Virus record (IMG/VR): IMGVR_UViG_3300009008_000008
Coordinates: 62,001 to 126,000 of that record
Strand: one strand, 5' to 3'
DNA: 64,000 bases
DNA from: an uncultured virus (IMG/VR IMGVR_UViG_3300009008_000008)
Taxonomy: Duplodnaviria > Heunggongvirae > Uroviricota > Caudoviricetes
Shown here: piece by piece, positions 9,867-16,708 of the stretch
Position numbering within the stretch: position 1 is the stretch's first letter
Layout of the letters: each line of letters begins with the position of its first letter
The notes under the pieces: generated by a model
What the model saw: only the letters and a program-made list of their open reading frames with translations
The model's database searches: none
What the model was told of the DNA's origin: nothing
Position numbers and translations under genes: made by a program

Positions 9867-10315
9867 TAGGGAACCGGTTGGCAGAGTGCCAACCATCATG
9901 TATGTGGCAATCCAACTCTGGGTGCCTGCACTCGGAGGACGAGATACCAGATAAAATTCTGGCCAAGGCTAAGGGAATACCAGTACAAGAGGTAAAAAGG
10001 AGGAGGGAGGAGGGTGTGCGCAAAATCCACATCCTGATCATGTTACACCATTACCTAGAATACACGGCTAACAGGGCGGGACCCGCCCTGAACCCCTTGC
10101 AAGAGAGTTTACATATAAGGTATCCGTACAACCTACCAGACATTAAGGGGAAGCTAGGGTACGTCCTACCCGCAACCAACAAAAATTTATTTAGGTCCTT
10201 TTTAAATGATACGAAGGCCCGACGAAGGTTTCCATTAAAAACCGTATTACACCTATCTGCCAAGGAGTTACACCGACTCCGACGCCACCACAAGGAGAAC
10301 GAAACTGATGGATAA
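9851..10315 (+). CDS. Hypothetical protein, Cys-rich N-terminus
   Basis: Overlaps both neighbours; CP...C...C...C cluster. Confidence 0.55.
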   Translation: MFCPLIGNRLAECQPSCMWQSNSGCLHSEDEIPDKILAKAKGIPVQEVKRRREEGVRKIHILIMLHHYLEYTANRAGPALNPLQESLHIRYPYNLPDIKGKLGYVLPATNKNLFRSFLNDTKARRRFPLKTVLHLSAKELHRLRRHHKENETDG

Positions 10316-10955
10316 CGACCAAGCAATGCGCCCGAGTGAAGTTACCAGACTGGATTTCCACGAGTTGGAAAAGGCCAGCATTGGTCCTGTATGGGTATTC
10401 AACAACACCAAGGGTACCAAACGTAGTGACATCATGTTCAGTAGTGCCCGACCCAATGGCACGGGTACCGACACAGTGAAAATACCTGTTACGTTCCTAC
10501 CAATCGATCTCACCACCCAGGTCCCTCGTGAACAACTTATGACAGGCGCCGAGTTTCGGCGAGCGGTATCCGGGGGGCTTCTCAAAGTGGTGTCAGATAC
10601 GGACGCCCGCGGTTACATGCGGTCGCTAGATCGGGAAAGCATCTCAGAAGAAAAACGGCGGCTGCGTGATCTGGATGCCACCAGTGCTATCCAGAGCCAG
10701 TCTACCAGCATGGGACATTCTGCGGCGGAAGCCGTGGTGAGAAACAGTTTGGACGTGGATGGAGTATCACCGGCTGTAGTAAGCTTGATGGCAAGCGTGG
10801 GGGAAGACTCCCACCAATCCCAACTTAACAACACCTTGAGGTCCATGGCAGAGAGTCTGACCGATACGGATTGGGATCACATCATGAGTGAAGCCCGTCG
10901 AAACAAGTTGAAGAAGACCCTCCAGTATGCGAAGAAGGAAAAAGAGCAGAGGTAA
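10308..10955 (+). CDS. Hypothetical protein
   Basis: AAGGAG RBS; followed by a terminator. Confidence 0.7.
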   Translation: MDNDQAMRPSEVTRLDFHELEKASIGPVWVFNNTKGTKRSDIMFSSARPNGTGTDTVKIPVTFLPIDLTTQVPREQLMTGAEFRRAVSGGLLKVVSDTDARGYMRSLDRESISEEKRRLRDLDATSAIQSQSTSMGHSAAEAVVRNSLDVDGVSPAVVSLMASVGEDSHQSQLNNTLRSMAESLTDTDWDHIMSEARRNKLKKTLQYAKKEKEQR

Positions 10956-10983
10956 CACGCCCGTCACCTTTGCTGGTCCTGTG

Positions 10984-11022
10984 AGGGTCCAGGTCGGGTT
11001 TTAAGCCTGCCTGGACCCTTTT
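10984..11022 (+). terminator. Intrinsic terminator
   Basis: AGGGTCCAGG...CCTGGACCCT stem followed by TTT, between convergent genes. Confidence 0.7.
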
Positions 11023-11063
11023 ATCATGTGTGAGCTAAAAGTAGTGGAGAGGACCAGAGGAGG

Positions 11064-12173
11064 TCAGGAAAGGCGAACGCGGAGTTCTTGGAGGAAGGCA
11101 AGGCCCGTACGTTGTGGAACGTCCAGGGAACGAAGACAGTACCGGATGTAGCGGTGTAGGCGCCCGCAACCCAACAAACGTTCAAAGTATTGTTCGTTGG
11201 TTACACCTTTACGTACCATCTTCTTTTCTTGTAGCCAGTCTGTGAACCGGGCATCATGAGTACCCGTAAGGAGTTCCAGGAACCTACGCTTTTTCCCACC
11301 GTACCCAGCCAGCAAGGATCTGGCGGTTAAAGCATCTTCGATTGTGAAAGCTCGATCACGGAAACTCTGTTGGGAACCTGTCAACGTCGATACCAAAAAG
11401 TCATCCGATTCCACCACGCGGAGGCTATCCCGTAACATATCCAATGACACCTTGAGGCTGGAGAAAGTACCATCATCATTCCGGATGAGGTTATTCCTGC
11501 TCTTGGATGTATGCTTGAGGATCAGGTTCACACCATGGTTGTGGATACTGCGTTTGGCAATGTTCGTGCTGTGAAGCCGACTGTCCACACAGGGGTACAT
11601 CAACAACAGACTTTGGATACCCCTAAGCAACAAGTCCATCACAAGGTCTTCAAGGTCAATGCCATAGGACCGGGCCAGAAACCGCATTTTCTTGGTAACA
11701 AATTTTCGGGTATATATGTCCACCTCTTTTACCACCCGCTCTGTAGCGGCGTTAATGCCTCGTAGGGGCAAGGCCTTGTAGCGGTCTGTATAGGGGGGTA
11801 ATGCCCGTCGAAGGTCCTTCGACCGTTTGAGATATCGGGCAAGCTCAGTGTCACGGCTTTTGACTTCAAATTCCTGGGAGGTCCTGGTGGCTTGCTGACG
11901 TGTCCAGTAGGCATTATGGACGTAGCTGTAGTATAACCAGGTTTTAATATTTTTTAAGATGTACCCTTGTACCCCCAACTCTGCCCTAAATTCCCTGACG
12001 CTGATACCTTCACCAAGGAGGTCCTCCAACCGTCGGGTAAGCTCTCGGCTCTTAATACCCCTGAACAGGTAGAGCAGAACGGCGGTAACTGCCCTACGTT
12101 GCCAGCTTAGGGGTATCCTTAAATAACTTGGGAAGTGGTGTATTAACATCAACTCGATGGTGTTTCGGCCCAT
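11064..12173 (-). CDS. Putative divergent RNA polymerase sigma-like factor
   Basis: KMRFLARSYGIDLEDLVMDLLLRGIQSLLLMYP resembles sigma region 2; later KVSLD; basic and helical. Weak similarity only. Confidence 0.45.
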   Translation of the reverse strand: MGRNTIELMLIHHFPSYLRIPLSWQRRAVTAVLLYLFRGIKSRELTRRLEDLLGEGISVREFRAELGVQGYILKNIKTWLYYSYVHNAYWTRQQATRTSQEFEVKSRDTELARYLKRSKDLRRALPPYTDRYKALPLRGINAATERVVKEVDIYTRKFVTKKMRFLARSYGIDLEDLVMDLLLRGIQSLLLMYPCVDSRLHSTNIAKRSIHNHGVNLILKHTSKSRNNLIRNDDGTFSSLKVSLDMLRDSLRVVESDDFLVSTLTGSQQSFRDRAFTIEDALTARSLLAGYGGKKRRFLELLTGTHDARFTDWLQEKKMVRKGVTNEQYFERLLGCGRLHRYIRYCLRSLDVPQRTGLAFLQELRVRLS

Positions 12174-12184
12174 TTGTCATCCCC

Positions 12185-12964
12185 TCACTTTTCGTCAAAT
12201 TCGATGCTAACGGTAGCCCCTGTTTCATGGTCCCGGACCTTCATCGTGTCCCGTCTGCTGCGGGAACCGCGTTTCTTTTTTGGCTTTTTCCCTTGAGCCA
12301 AAGATTCCAAGTCTGAGGTACAAGCATCAATGGTGGGTGCTTCGTAACTATCCAGGTCTGACTTCTTTCGGATGACGGGCATACGCTTTTTGGTCAAAAG
12401 GTGGGAACGTAGATCTTTGGGCGTTTGGATTTTCCCTTCTTCCGTCAAACGTTCCGATAGGGCTGTAAACCGACTCTTGGACAGGACTGAGGCAATCGGA
12501 AGGGTTAAGAAAACCAACTTTTTGCGGTAACGTTTGGAACGGAGTGAGCTGGCAACATGGAGGTACTTGAGGTCCTTGGTGGCCCCAATGACACGCCCCT
12601 GAAACCAACAGTCGAGGTAGGATATACGGGGAGCCGACAAGTTCATAAAAATGGGCTGGCCAAATTTGTAACCCGTCTTTTGGACGGTGGCAGCGTACTT
12701 GAACAAGTAGGCCAATATGCGGAGTTGGCTGGGTTTGAGGTCCTTGGCGATTATCGCGATTTGCTCGATCGCGTCTTCCTGGACCGTCACCAGCTTGTAG
12801 GTATCTGGGGTAAAATCGTCACAGGCAGAAGCAAAGGACTGAACCCCGAGGTCCTTACACTTTTTATCATAAACAGCGGGCCCTCTCTTATGATGGAGGC
12901 ATTCCCCGCACTTCATACCCAAACTTAGCTTCCCTGACTTGGAAGGCGTCCCTTTCTTCAACAT
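12185..12964 (-). CDS. Hypothetical basic protein with Cys cluster
   Basis: CGECLH...C...ACDDF N-terminal zinc-binding-like motif. Confidence 0.6.
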   Translation of the reverse strand: MLKKGTPSKSGKLSLGMKCGECLHHKRGPAVYDKKCKDLGVQSFASACDDFTPDTYKLVTVQEDAIEQIAIIAKDLKPSQLRILAYLFKYAATVQKTGYKFGQPIFMNLSAPRISYLDCWFQGRVIGATKDLKYLHVASSLRSKRYRKKLVFLTLPIASVLSKSRFTALSERLTEEGKIQTPKDLRSHLLTKKRMPVIRKKSDLDSYEAPTIDACTSDLESLAQGKKPKKKRGSRSRRDTMKVRDHETGATVSIEFDEK

Positions 12965-13019
12965 AAGGATTCCCCGGTTGGTAGGTGAGCGTTATACGCT
13001 CACGGTTGGTAGTTGGTAT

Positions 13020-13514
13020 CTAGTGCCCTATGTGCCTCATATATACCACTTTAATTCCCTCTTTCACCACTTGGTCCTGCGTTAACCCTAGACCCTTCGC
13101 TGATAGTTTTAACATACGATGGGTTGCAGCGTCAAGCGTTGTCATGTATTTCACGGGTCGGTGGTCGGAACCCTTTGATATTTCGTTCGCTTTGGAGATG
13201 ACAGAAGCCAGATAAACCGCTTGGTCTACCTGGCCGGAACCCTTCCATTTGGAACAGAGTTGGGTGATATACTGGGTACCATACTTGACATACTGGGGAA
13301 TGCGTATCTGGTGGGTGTTATAATGACAAATCCCGCACAGGGTTACAGTAGGACCGGTTTCCCCTCCGCAATGCCGAGGTACCACATGGTGTTCTTCCAA
13401 GCCATCTTTGTCTTGGCAAATCCAACAGTGGTCCAACTTCAATGTACGCTTAATTTCCAAACGTTGTGCCCTTGTTAATACTTTAACTTGATGGAGCCGT
13501 GCGGGTTTGCCCAT
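13020..13514 (-). CDS. HNH endonuclease with C-terminal ribbon-helix-helix-like domain
   Basis: CWIC...LEEHHVVPRHCGG...LCGICH, then KYMTTLDAATHRMLKLSAKGLGLTQDQVVKEGI. Start moved to 13514 because a sigma70 promoter lies at 13533-13561. Confidence 0.75.
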   Translation of the reverse strand: MGKPARLHQVKVLTRAQRLEIKRTLKLDHCWICQDKDGLEEHHVVPRHCGGETGPTVTLCGICHYNTHQIRIPQYVKYGTQYITQLCSKWKGSGQVDQAVYLASVISKANEISKGSDHRPVKYMTTLDAATHRMLKLSAKGLGLTQDQVVKEGIKVVYMRHIGH

Positions 13515-13532
13515 ACCCAACACTACGACACC

Positions 13533-13561
13533 ATTGTAACATATACCAACAGAAGAGTCAA
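13533..13561 (-). promoter_or_regulatory. Sigma70-type promoter
   Basis: TTGACT-17 nt-TACAAT. Confidence 0.7.
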
Positions 13562-13601
13562 GTAAAATTTCATGACTCGAAAAACCCAAGGATTTCAATG
13601 T

Positions 13602-13740
13602 CTTGCCATAGAAGAGCCCAGATGGAGGCAGGCAACGTTGGGCATGGACGTTAGGCGGCACTCGGAGACCGGGGAGATCACACTATACACCTGGGCCCTT
13701 CTATGGCAAGGCAGGCCCACCTACTTGGGACCCTGCCCTC
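13602..13740 (-). ncRNA. Candidate structured RNA: 23-bp stem enclosing small hairpins
   Basis: Arms 13602-13624 and 13688-13710 pair without a break on the minus strand (two G-U); lies just downstream of TGTAAATA at 13747. Confidence 0.5.
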
Positions 13741-13746
13741 ATGGTT

Positions 13747-13754
13747 TATTTACA
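13747..13754 (-). promoter_or_regulatory. TGTAAATA putative phage-specific promoter
   Basis: Exact intergenic motif copy. Confidence 0.6.
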
Positions 13755-13781
13755 AGAAATTATTATAAACTGAGCCAAAAA

Positions 13782-13869
13782 TGGAGCCAGGAACAGGATT
13801 CGAACCTGCGTTGGGTTTTCGCCGTCGGCTTACAAAGCCGCTCCTCTCGGCCGCTGGAGGGACCCTGGC
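13782..13869 (-). tRNA. tRNA-Thr(UGU) with a long variable region
   Basis: GCCAGGG/UCCUGGC acceptor, CCUC/GAGG D-stem, loop UUUGUAA, 15-nt variable region, GCAGG-UUCGAAU-CCUGU T-arm, U-CCA end. Confidence 0.75.
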
Positions 13870-13892
13870 AAATCAAGATTAGACTAGAGATA

Positions 13893-13966
13893 TGGACCTG
13901 CGTTTGGGTAGAACCAACAACCTAAGGCTTAACAGGCCCTCACTTTACCAACCAAACTACTGTGGA
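13893..13966 (-). pseudogene. Degenerate tRNA-Asn(GUU)
   Basis: Intact anticodon arm AGGGC-CUGUUAA-GCCUU and CCA end; the T-loop is aberrant and the acceptor stem does not pair. Confidence 0.65.
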
Positions 13967-13972
13967 TTAAGA

Positions 13973-14080
13973 TGGCACGTAGTAGGAATCGAACCTACGA
14001 TTCTCGCTTAAACGGTTGATCAGTCCGCTATCGGCGAGCACAGACTCTGCCTGCGCGTTTACCACTCCGCCATACGTGCC
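13973..14080 (-). ncRNA. tRNA-like RNA lacking an anticodon loop, with an extended variable arm
   Basis: GGCACGUA/UACGUGCC 8-bp terminal stem, Leu-type D arm, CAGGC-AGA-GUCUG, ~40-nt arm closed by CUCGC/GCGAG, canonical GUAGG-UUCGAUU-CCUAC T-arm. Confidence 0.75.
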
Positions 14081-14090
14081 ACAAAGAAAA

Positions 14091-14343
14091 TATGGTGTGC
14101 TATTACGCCAAAGAGGAGTTCACCCTTACCATCTCTGGGGTGGCTTACTACTTCACCAAGTGGCGCCCGTCGCCTATCCCTCATAGCAGGTGGTCCTGCA
14201 GAGCTCTTTATTTGGATGCCGCCACCCAAACGTTAGCCTAGAGGTTTCCCTGGTTCATGCCCTTGCAATCCAGGTACGTACTACAACTAACGGCCTTTGC
14301 CTCACTCTTTAAAGGATGGCTGCTTCTAAGCCAACCTCCCATA
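14091..14343 (-). ncRNA. ncRNA mimicking the 23S rRNA uL11-binding domain (H43/H44) with a ~190-nt structured insert
   Basis: GGAGGUUGGCUUAGAAGCAGCCAUCCUUUAAAGAGUG (14339-14303) and GCGUAAUAGC (14108-14099), closed by UAUGG/CCAUA. Confidence 0.85.
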
Positions 14344-14356
14344 CCTTATAGTATAT

Positions 14357-14728
14357 TCAATACCACGTTCGATGTTGTTCAAATACCCATTCACGACCAT
14401 CGTCAGCTTCACCGATACTCCACTTAATGTCCTCCGGAATCTCTATGACCTTCAGGTCAGGGGCCAAATCCTGGTGTTGGTTGAATGCTTCCAAGAGAGC
14501 AGGGTCATCACGCGGTATATCAAACACTGGGCAAAATCGTTCACCATCCTTGGTGTAGTTAAAGGATGCATGTGGTTCGTCTTCATGGGCCTGGTCTTTA
14601 TAAGATTGGACATACACTCCGTCCAGTTCCCACTGGAGATCAACACCAGTAGCCTGTGCCCAGGCCATCACAATTTTGTGTGGAAGGGAAAACCCACCGA
14701 TTTCTTTGTTAATGAGTATATGCCTCAC
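14357..14728 (-). CDS. Conserved phage hypothetical protein
   Basis: INKEIGGFSL...PRDDPALL...LKVIEIPED...EWVFEQHRTW pattern, common in phages. Confidence 0.7.
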   Translation of the reverse strand: MRHILINKEIGGFSLPHKIVMAWAQATGVDLQWELDGVYVQSYKDQAHEDEPHASFNYTKDGERFCPVFDIPRDDPALLEAFNQHQDLAPDLKVIEIPEDIKWSIGEADDGREWVFEQHRTWY

Positions 14729-14755
14729 GAGTAACTACCTTAAGTACTGGTTGAT

Positions 14756-14832
14756 TGGCTGGCCCTCCTGGATTCGAACCAGGGATACACAGAATCAAAA
14801 TCTGTTGCCTTACCAAACTTGGCTAAGGGCCA
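14756..14832 (-). tRNA. tRNA-Gln(UUG)
   Basis: UGGCCCU/AGGGCCA acceptor, ACAGA-UUUUGAU-UCUGU, CCUGG-UUCGAAU-CCAGG, G-CCA. Confidence 0.95.
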
Positions 14833-14837
14833 ATCGA

Positions 14838-15004
14838 ATACCACAGGCTGGGCGTTACTCCAGCTACACGGTTTCTCACCAGGAATATAACCGGGATCAC
14901 CTGGTAATTCGCACGAGCTACACTGGCATCAGGCCCTTATCCCTTGCCATTTGGGCAATATCCCTCCTGTCACCAGGAGGCCCCCGTTTACCGCGGGGCG
15001 GTAC
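14838..15004 (-). ncRNA. Candidate multi-stem ncRNA abutting tRNA-Gln
   Basis: Terminal stem GUACCGC/GUGGUAU with five internal hairpins; no convincing ORF. Confidence 0.6.
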
Positions 15005-15011
15005 AACGCAA

Positions 15012-15260
15012 TTATGCCACTCCTCTATATATTATTATTATATAGAGATGTGTCCTGTTTCCCCGCCCGATCAGGTGACGGGCCTGACGCTCGGTGCCGA
15101 CACGCCAGTCTTGTTCTTGAGCGAGTTTGGCAAAGGCAAGGGCCAATAGGTTGCGATCATAATAGGCGGCCTCCAATGCTTGCCCCTCCGCTCGCAACTT
15201 AACCACTTCTGCCTTTCGCAGTTCCTCAGCATGAGCGCCTGATAATTGGACATTACACAT
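15012..15260 (-). CDS. Small hypothetical protein, possibly 3'-truncated
   Basis: Protein-like up to YYDRNLLALAFAKLAQEQDWRVG, then runs into an AT-rich hairpin. Confidence 0.4.
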   Translation of the reverse strand: MCNVQLSGAHAEELRKAEVVKLRAEGQALEAAYYDRNLLALAFAKLAQEQDWRVGTERQARHLIGRGNRTHLYIIIIYRGVA

Positions 15261-15269
15261 GGTCAGTTC

Positions 15270-15458
15270 CTAATCAACAATAGTAAAATCAAAGGCCCCA
15301 TAATCCAAGATCACGCTTTTACCTGGAGGAACATGTGTCAGAACAAACTGTTCAAAGGTAGGGTCGTTTCCTTTTAAACGGAGAAACCGTTCATCCTTTG
15401 GCATTCCTTCCCACTGCTCCTTAACCATCTTTTCCAGTTCGTCATAGGTTAACTTCAT
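15270..15458 (-). CDS. Small hypothetical protein
   Basis: 62-aa ORF in the run of minus-strand genes. Confidence 0.5.
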   Translation of the reverse strand: MKLTYDELEKMVKEQWEGMPKDERFLRLKGNDPTFEQFVLTHVPPGKSVILDYGAFDFTIVD

Positions 15459-15469
15459 GATAGTGACCC

Positions 15470-15634
15470 TAAGTTACCACCCCAAGTATTTTTGATCACA
15501 TGGCCACGCCACATGTGAAGACCCTCCTCCGTGGCGTGGCACCTTTTGCAAATACAGGCCCCTGCATAAAACCTATATATCTCGTTGTCTTCCTTGGGCT
15601 GGTGGCAACAAACACAATTCAGAGTTTCTTCCAT
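15470..15634 (-). CDS. Small C4 zinc-finger-like protein (54 aa)
   Basis: Translated by hand: MEETLNCVCCHQPK...ACICKRCH; below the ORF-track length cutoff. Confidence 0.4.
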
Positions 15635-15653
15635 GGAACCATGCCTTTAAGTT

Positions 15654-15729
15654 TGGTGGAGACGGACGGAATCGAACCGCCGACATCCTGCTTGCAAAGC
15701 AGGCGCTCTCCCAACTGAGCTACGCCCCC
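15654..15729 (-). tRNA. tRNA-Ala(UGC)
   Basis: Canonical cloverleaf with G3:U70, loop UUUGCAA, A-CCA. Confidence 0.95.
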
Positions 15730-15740
15730 ACGAGATAAAA

Positions 15741-16280
15741 TTACTTCTTTTGGAAAACCAACATCAAAGCCCCAAGGATCGATGCAAGACCAGCAAAAAG
15801 TTGACCGGGCAAAGGGTTAGTGTTGTTCGGAGTCTGCGCCAGCTGGACCGCCGCCACCCGAAGCTGGTTCAGAAACATTGGGTTGGTCAAATCCATGGCC
15901 CCGCTTTGCTGAGGAATCTGGGCAGGAGCAGAGGGACCACCCCCAACCACAGGAAACACCTGCTTCTCCTCAGGGTTCACAGCAACCTTCTGATCAACCA
16001 GGAACCCCTGTCCCGCTGTCAGGTGCTGCTTGAGCTGGTCAATGGTCCACAACATTCCTGCGTGGTCGGGTGGGGCCGGAGGGGGGCGGCGGAGGTTACG
16101 TGGTTTGAACCCTTGTTCCAAGGCAGACATGTACAGGACCTCAACACCATTCTGGCGGGTGTACAGGCTGACGTTGAACACTGTGTTATCCGCTACTCCA
16201 TAGATACGTACCTGTTGGCCTGGGGTAAATTTACGAAGCTGCTCCAAATCAGCTGGTTTGTGGACTTCGATTACACTCAT
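15741..16280 (-). CDS. Hypothetical protein with hydrophobic C-terminus
   Basis: AAGGAG RBS; 179 aa; C-terminal LFAGLASILGALMLVF could be a membrane anchor. Confidence 0.65.
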   Translation of the reverse strand: MSVIEVHKPADLEQLRKFTPGQQVRIYGVADNTVFNVSLYTRQNGVEVLYMSALEQGFKPRNLRRPPPAPPDHAGMLWTIDQLKQHLTAGQGFLVDQKVAVNPEEKQVFPVVGGGPSAPAQIPQQSGAMDLTNPMFLNQLRVAAVQLAQTPNNTNPLPGQLFAGLASILGALMLVFQKK

Positions 16281-16359
16281 CTCGGCTCCTTTGTTCTACT
16301 GTTCCCACTGAACATGATCTAACCTCTGATAACCCAAAACCACCTCGGCTCTCAATAAT

Positions 16360-16447
16360 TGGTAGGGCTGGAGGGAGTTGAACCCACGGTAGGTCGCCCT
16401 ACGTCGGTTTTCAAGACCGGTACCTTTAACCACTCGGCCACCCTTCC
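16360..16447 (-). pseudogene. Chimeric tRNA-Ser(UGA) with a foreign 3' end
   Basis: Ser-type 5' body and variable arm, but 5' GGAAGGG cannot pair with 3' CAGCCCU-A-CCA. Confidence 0.7.
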
Positions 16448-16453
16448 ACAAAC

Positions 16454-16708
16454 CTACAAGGATTCCTCTAGGCAGGAGAACTCTGTGTGCCCGCAGTTTG
16501 GACATACGTCATCCTCCAGCTCTTCTGTTGTAAACTCTTGATTACACTGCAGGCACTCACAAAGCTTACCGTAAGTGGTAGTTTCCCCTTCTGGTTCCGC
16601 GGTCCAATGGAGTTCATCGTTCCCACAGTTAGGGCAAGCATCACTGTATAATTTATCAGGTGGACCTTCCCAACAACAATCCGGACACTCACAAACTCGA
16701 TCACTCAT
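16454..16708 (-). CDS. Double zinc-ribbon protein
   Basis: Two CxxC...CPNCG units; acidic. Confidence 0.65.
   Translation of the reverse strand: MSDRVCECPDCCWEGPPDKLYSDACPNCGNDELHWTAEPEGETTTYGKLCECLQCNQEFTTEELEDDVCPNCGHTEFSCLEESL

Noticed and set aside
13515..13661. N-terminal extension of the HNH ORF as given in the ORF track
   Set aside because: It overlaps a consensus sigma70 promoter and the long-stem RNA arm; the downstream ATG at 13514 is more plausible.
13782..13869. tRNA-Tyr(GUA) reading
   Set aside because: Stem pairing centres the 7-nt loop on UGU; shifting to GUA destroys the anticodon stem.
14303..14339. 23S rRNA gene or host contamination
   Set aside because: Similarity is limited to two short H43/H44 blocks separated by non-rRNA sequence, and the flanks are phage genes and tRNAs.
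14868..14935. Hammerhead ribozyme (CUGAUG...GAAAC on minus strand)
   Set aside because: The core reads CUGAUGC rather than CUGANGA, and stems I-III cannot be arranged correctly.
15012..15110. HDV-like/theta or pistol ribozyme near the tRNA cluster
   Set aside because: Hairpins exist (GCCCG/CGGGC, CTCTATAT/ATATAGAG), but I could not assemble the required pseudoknots or catalytic residues.
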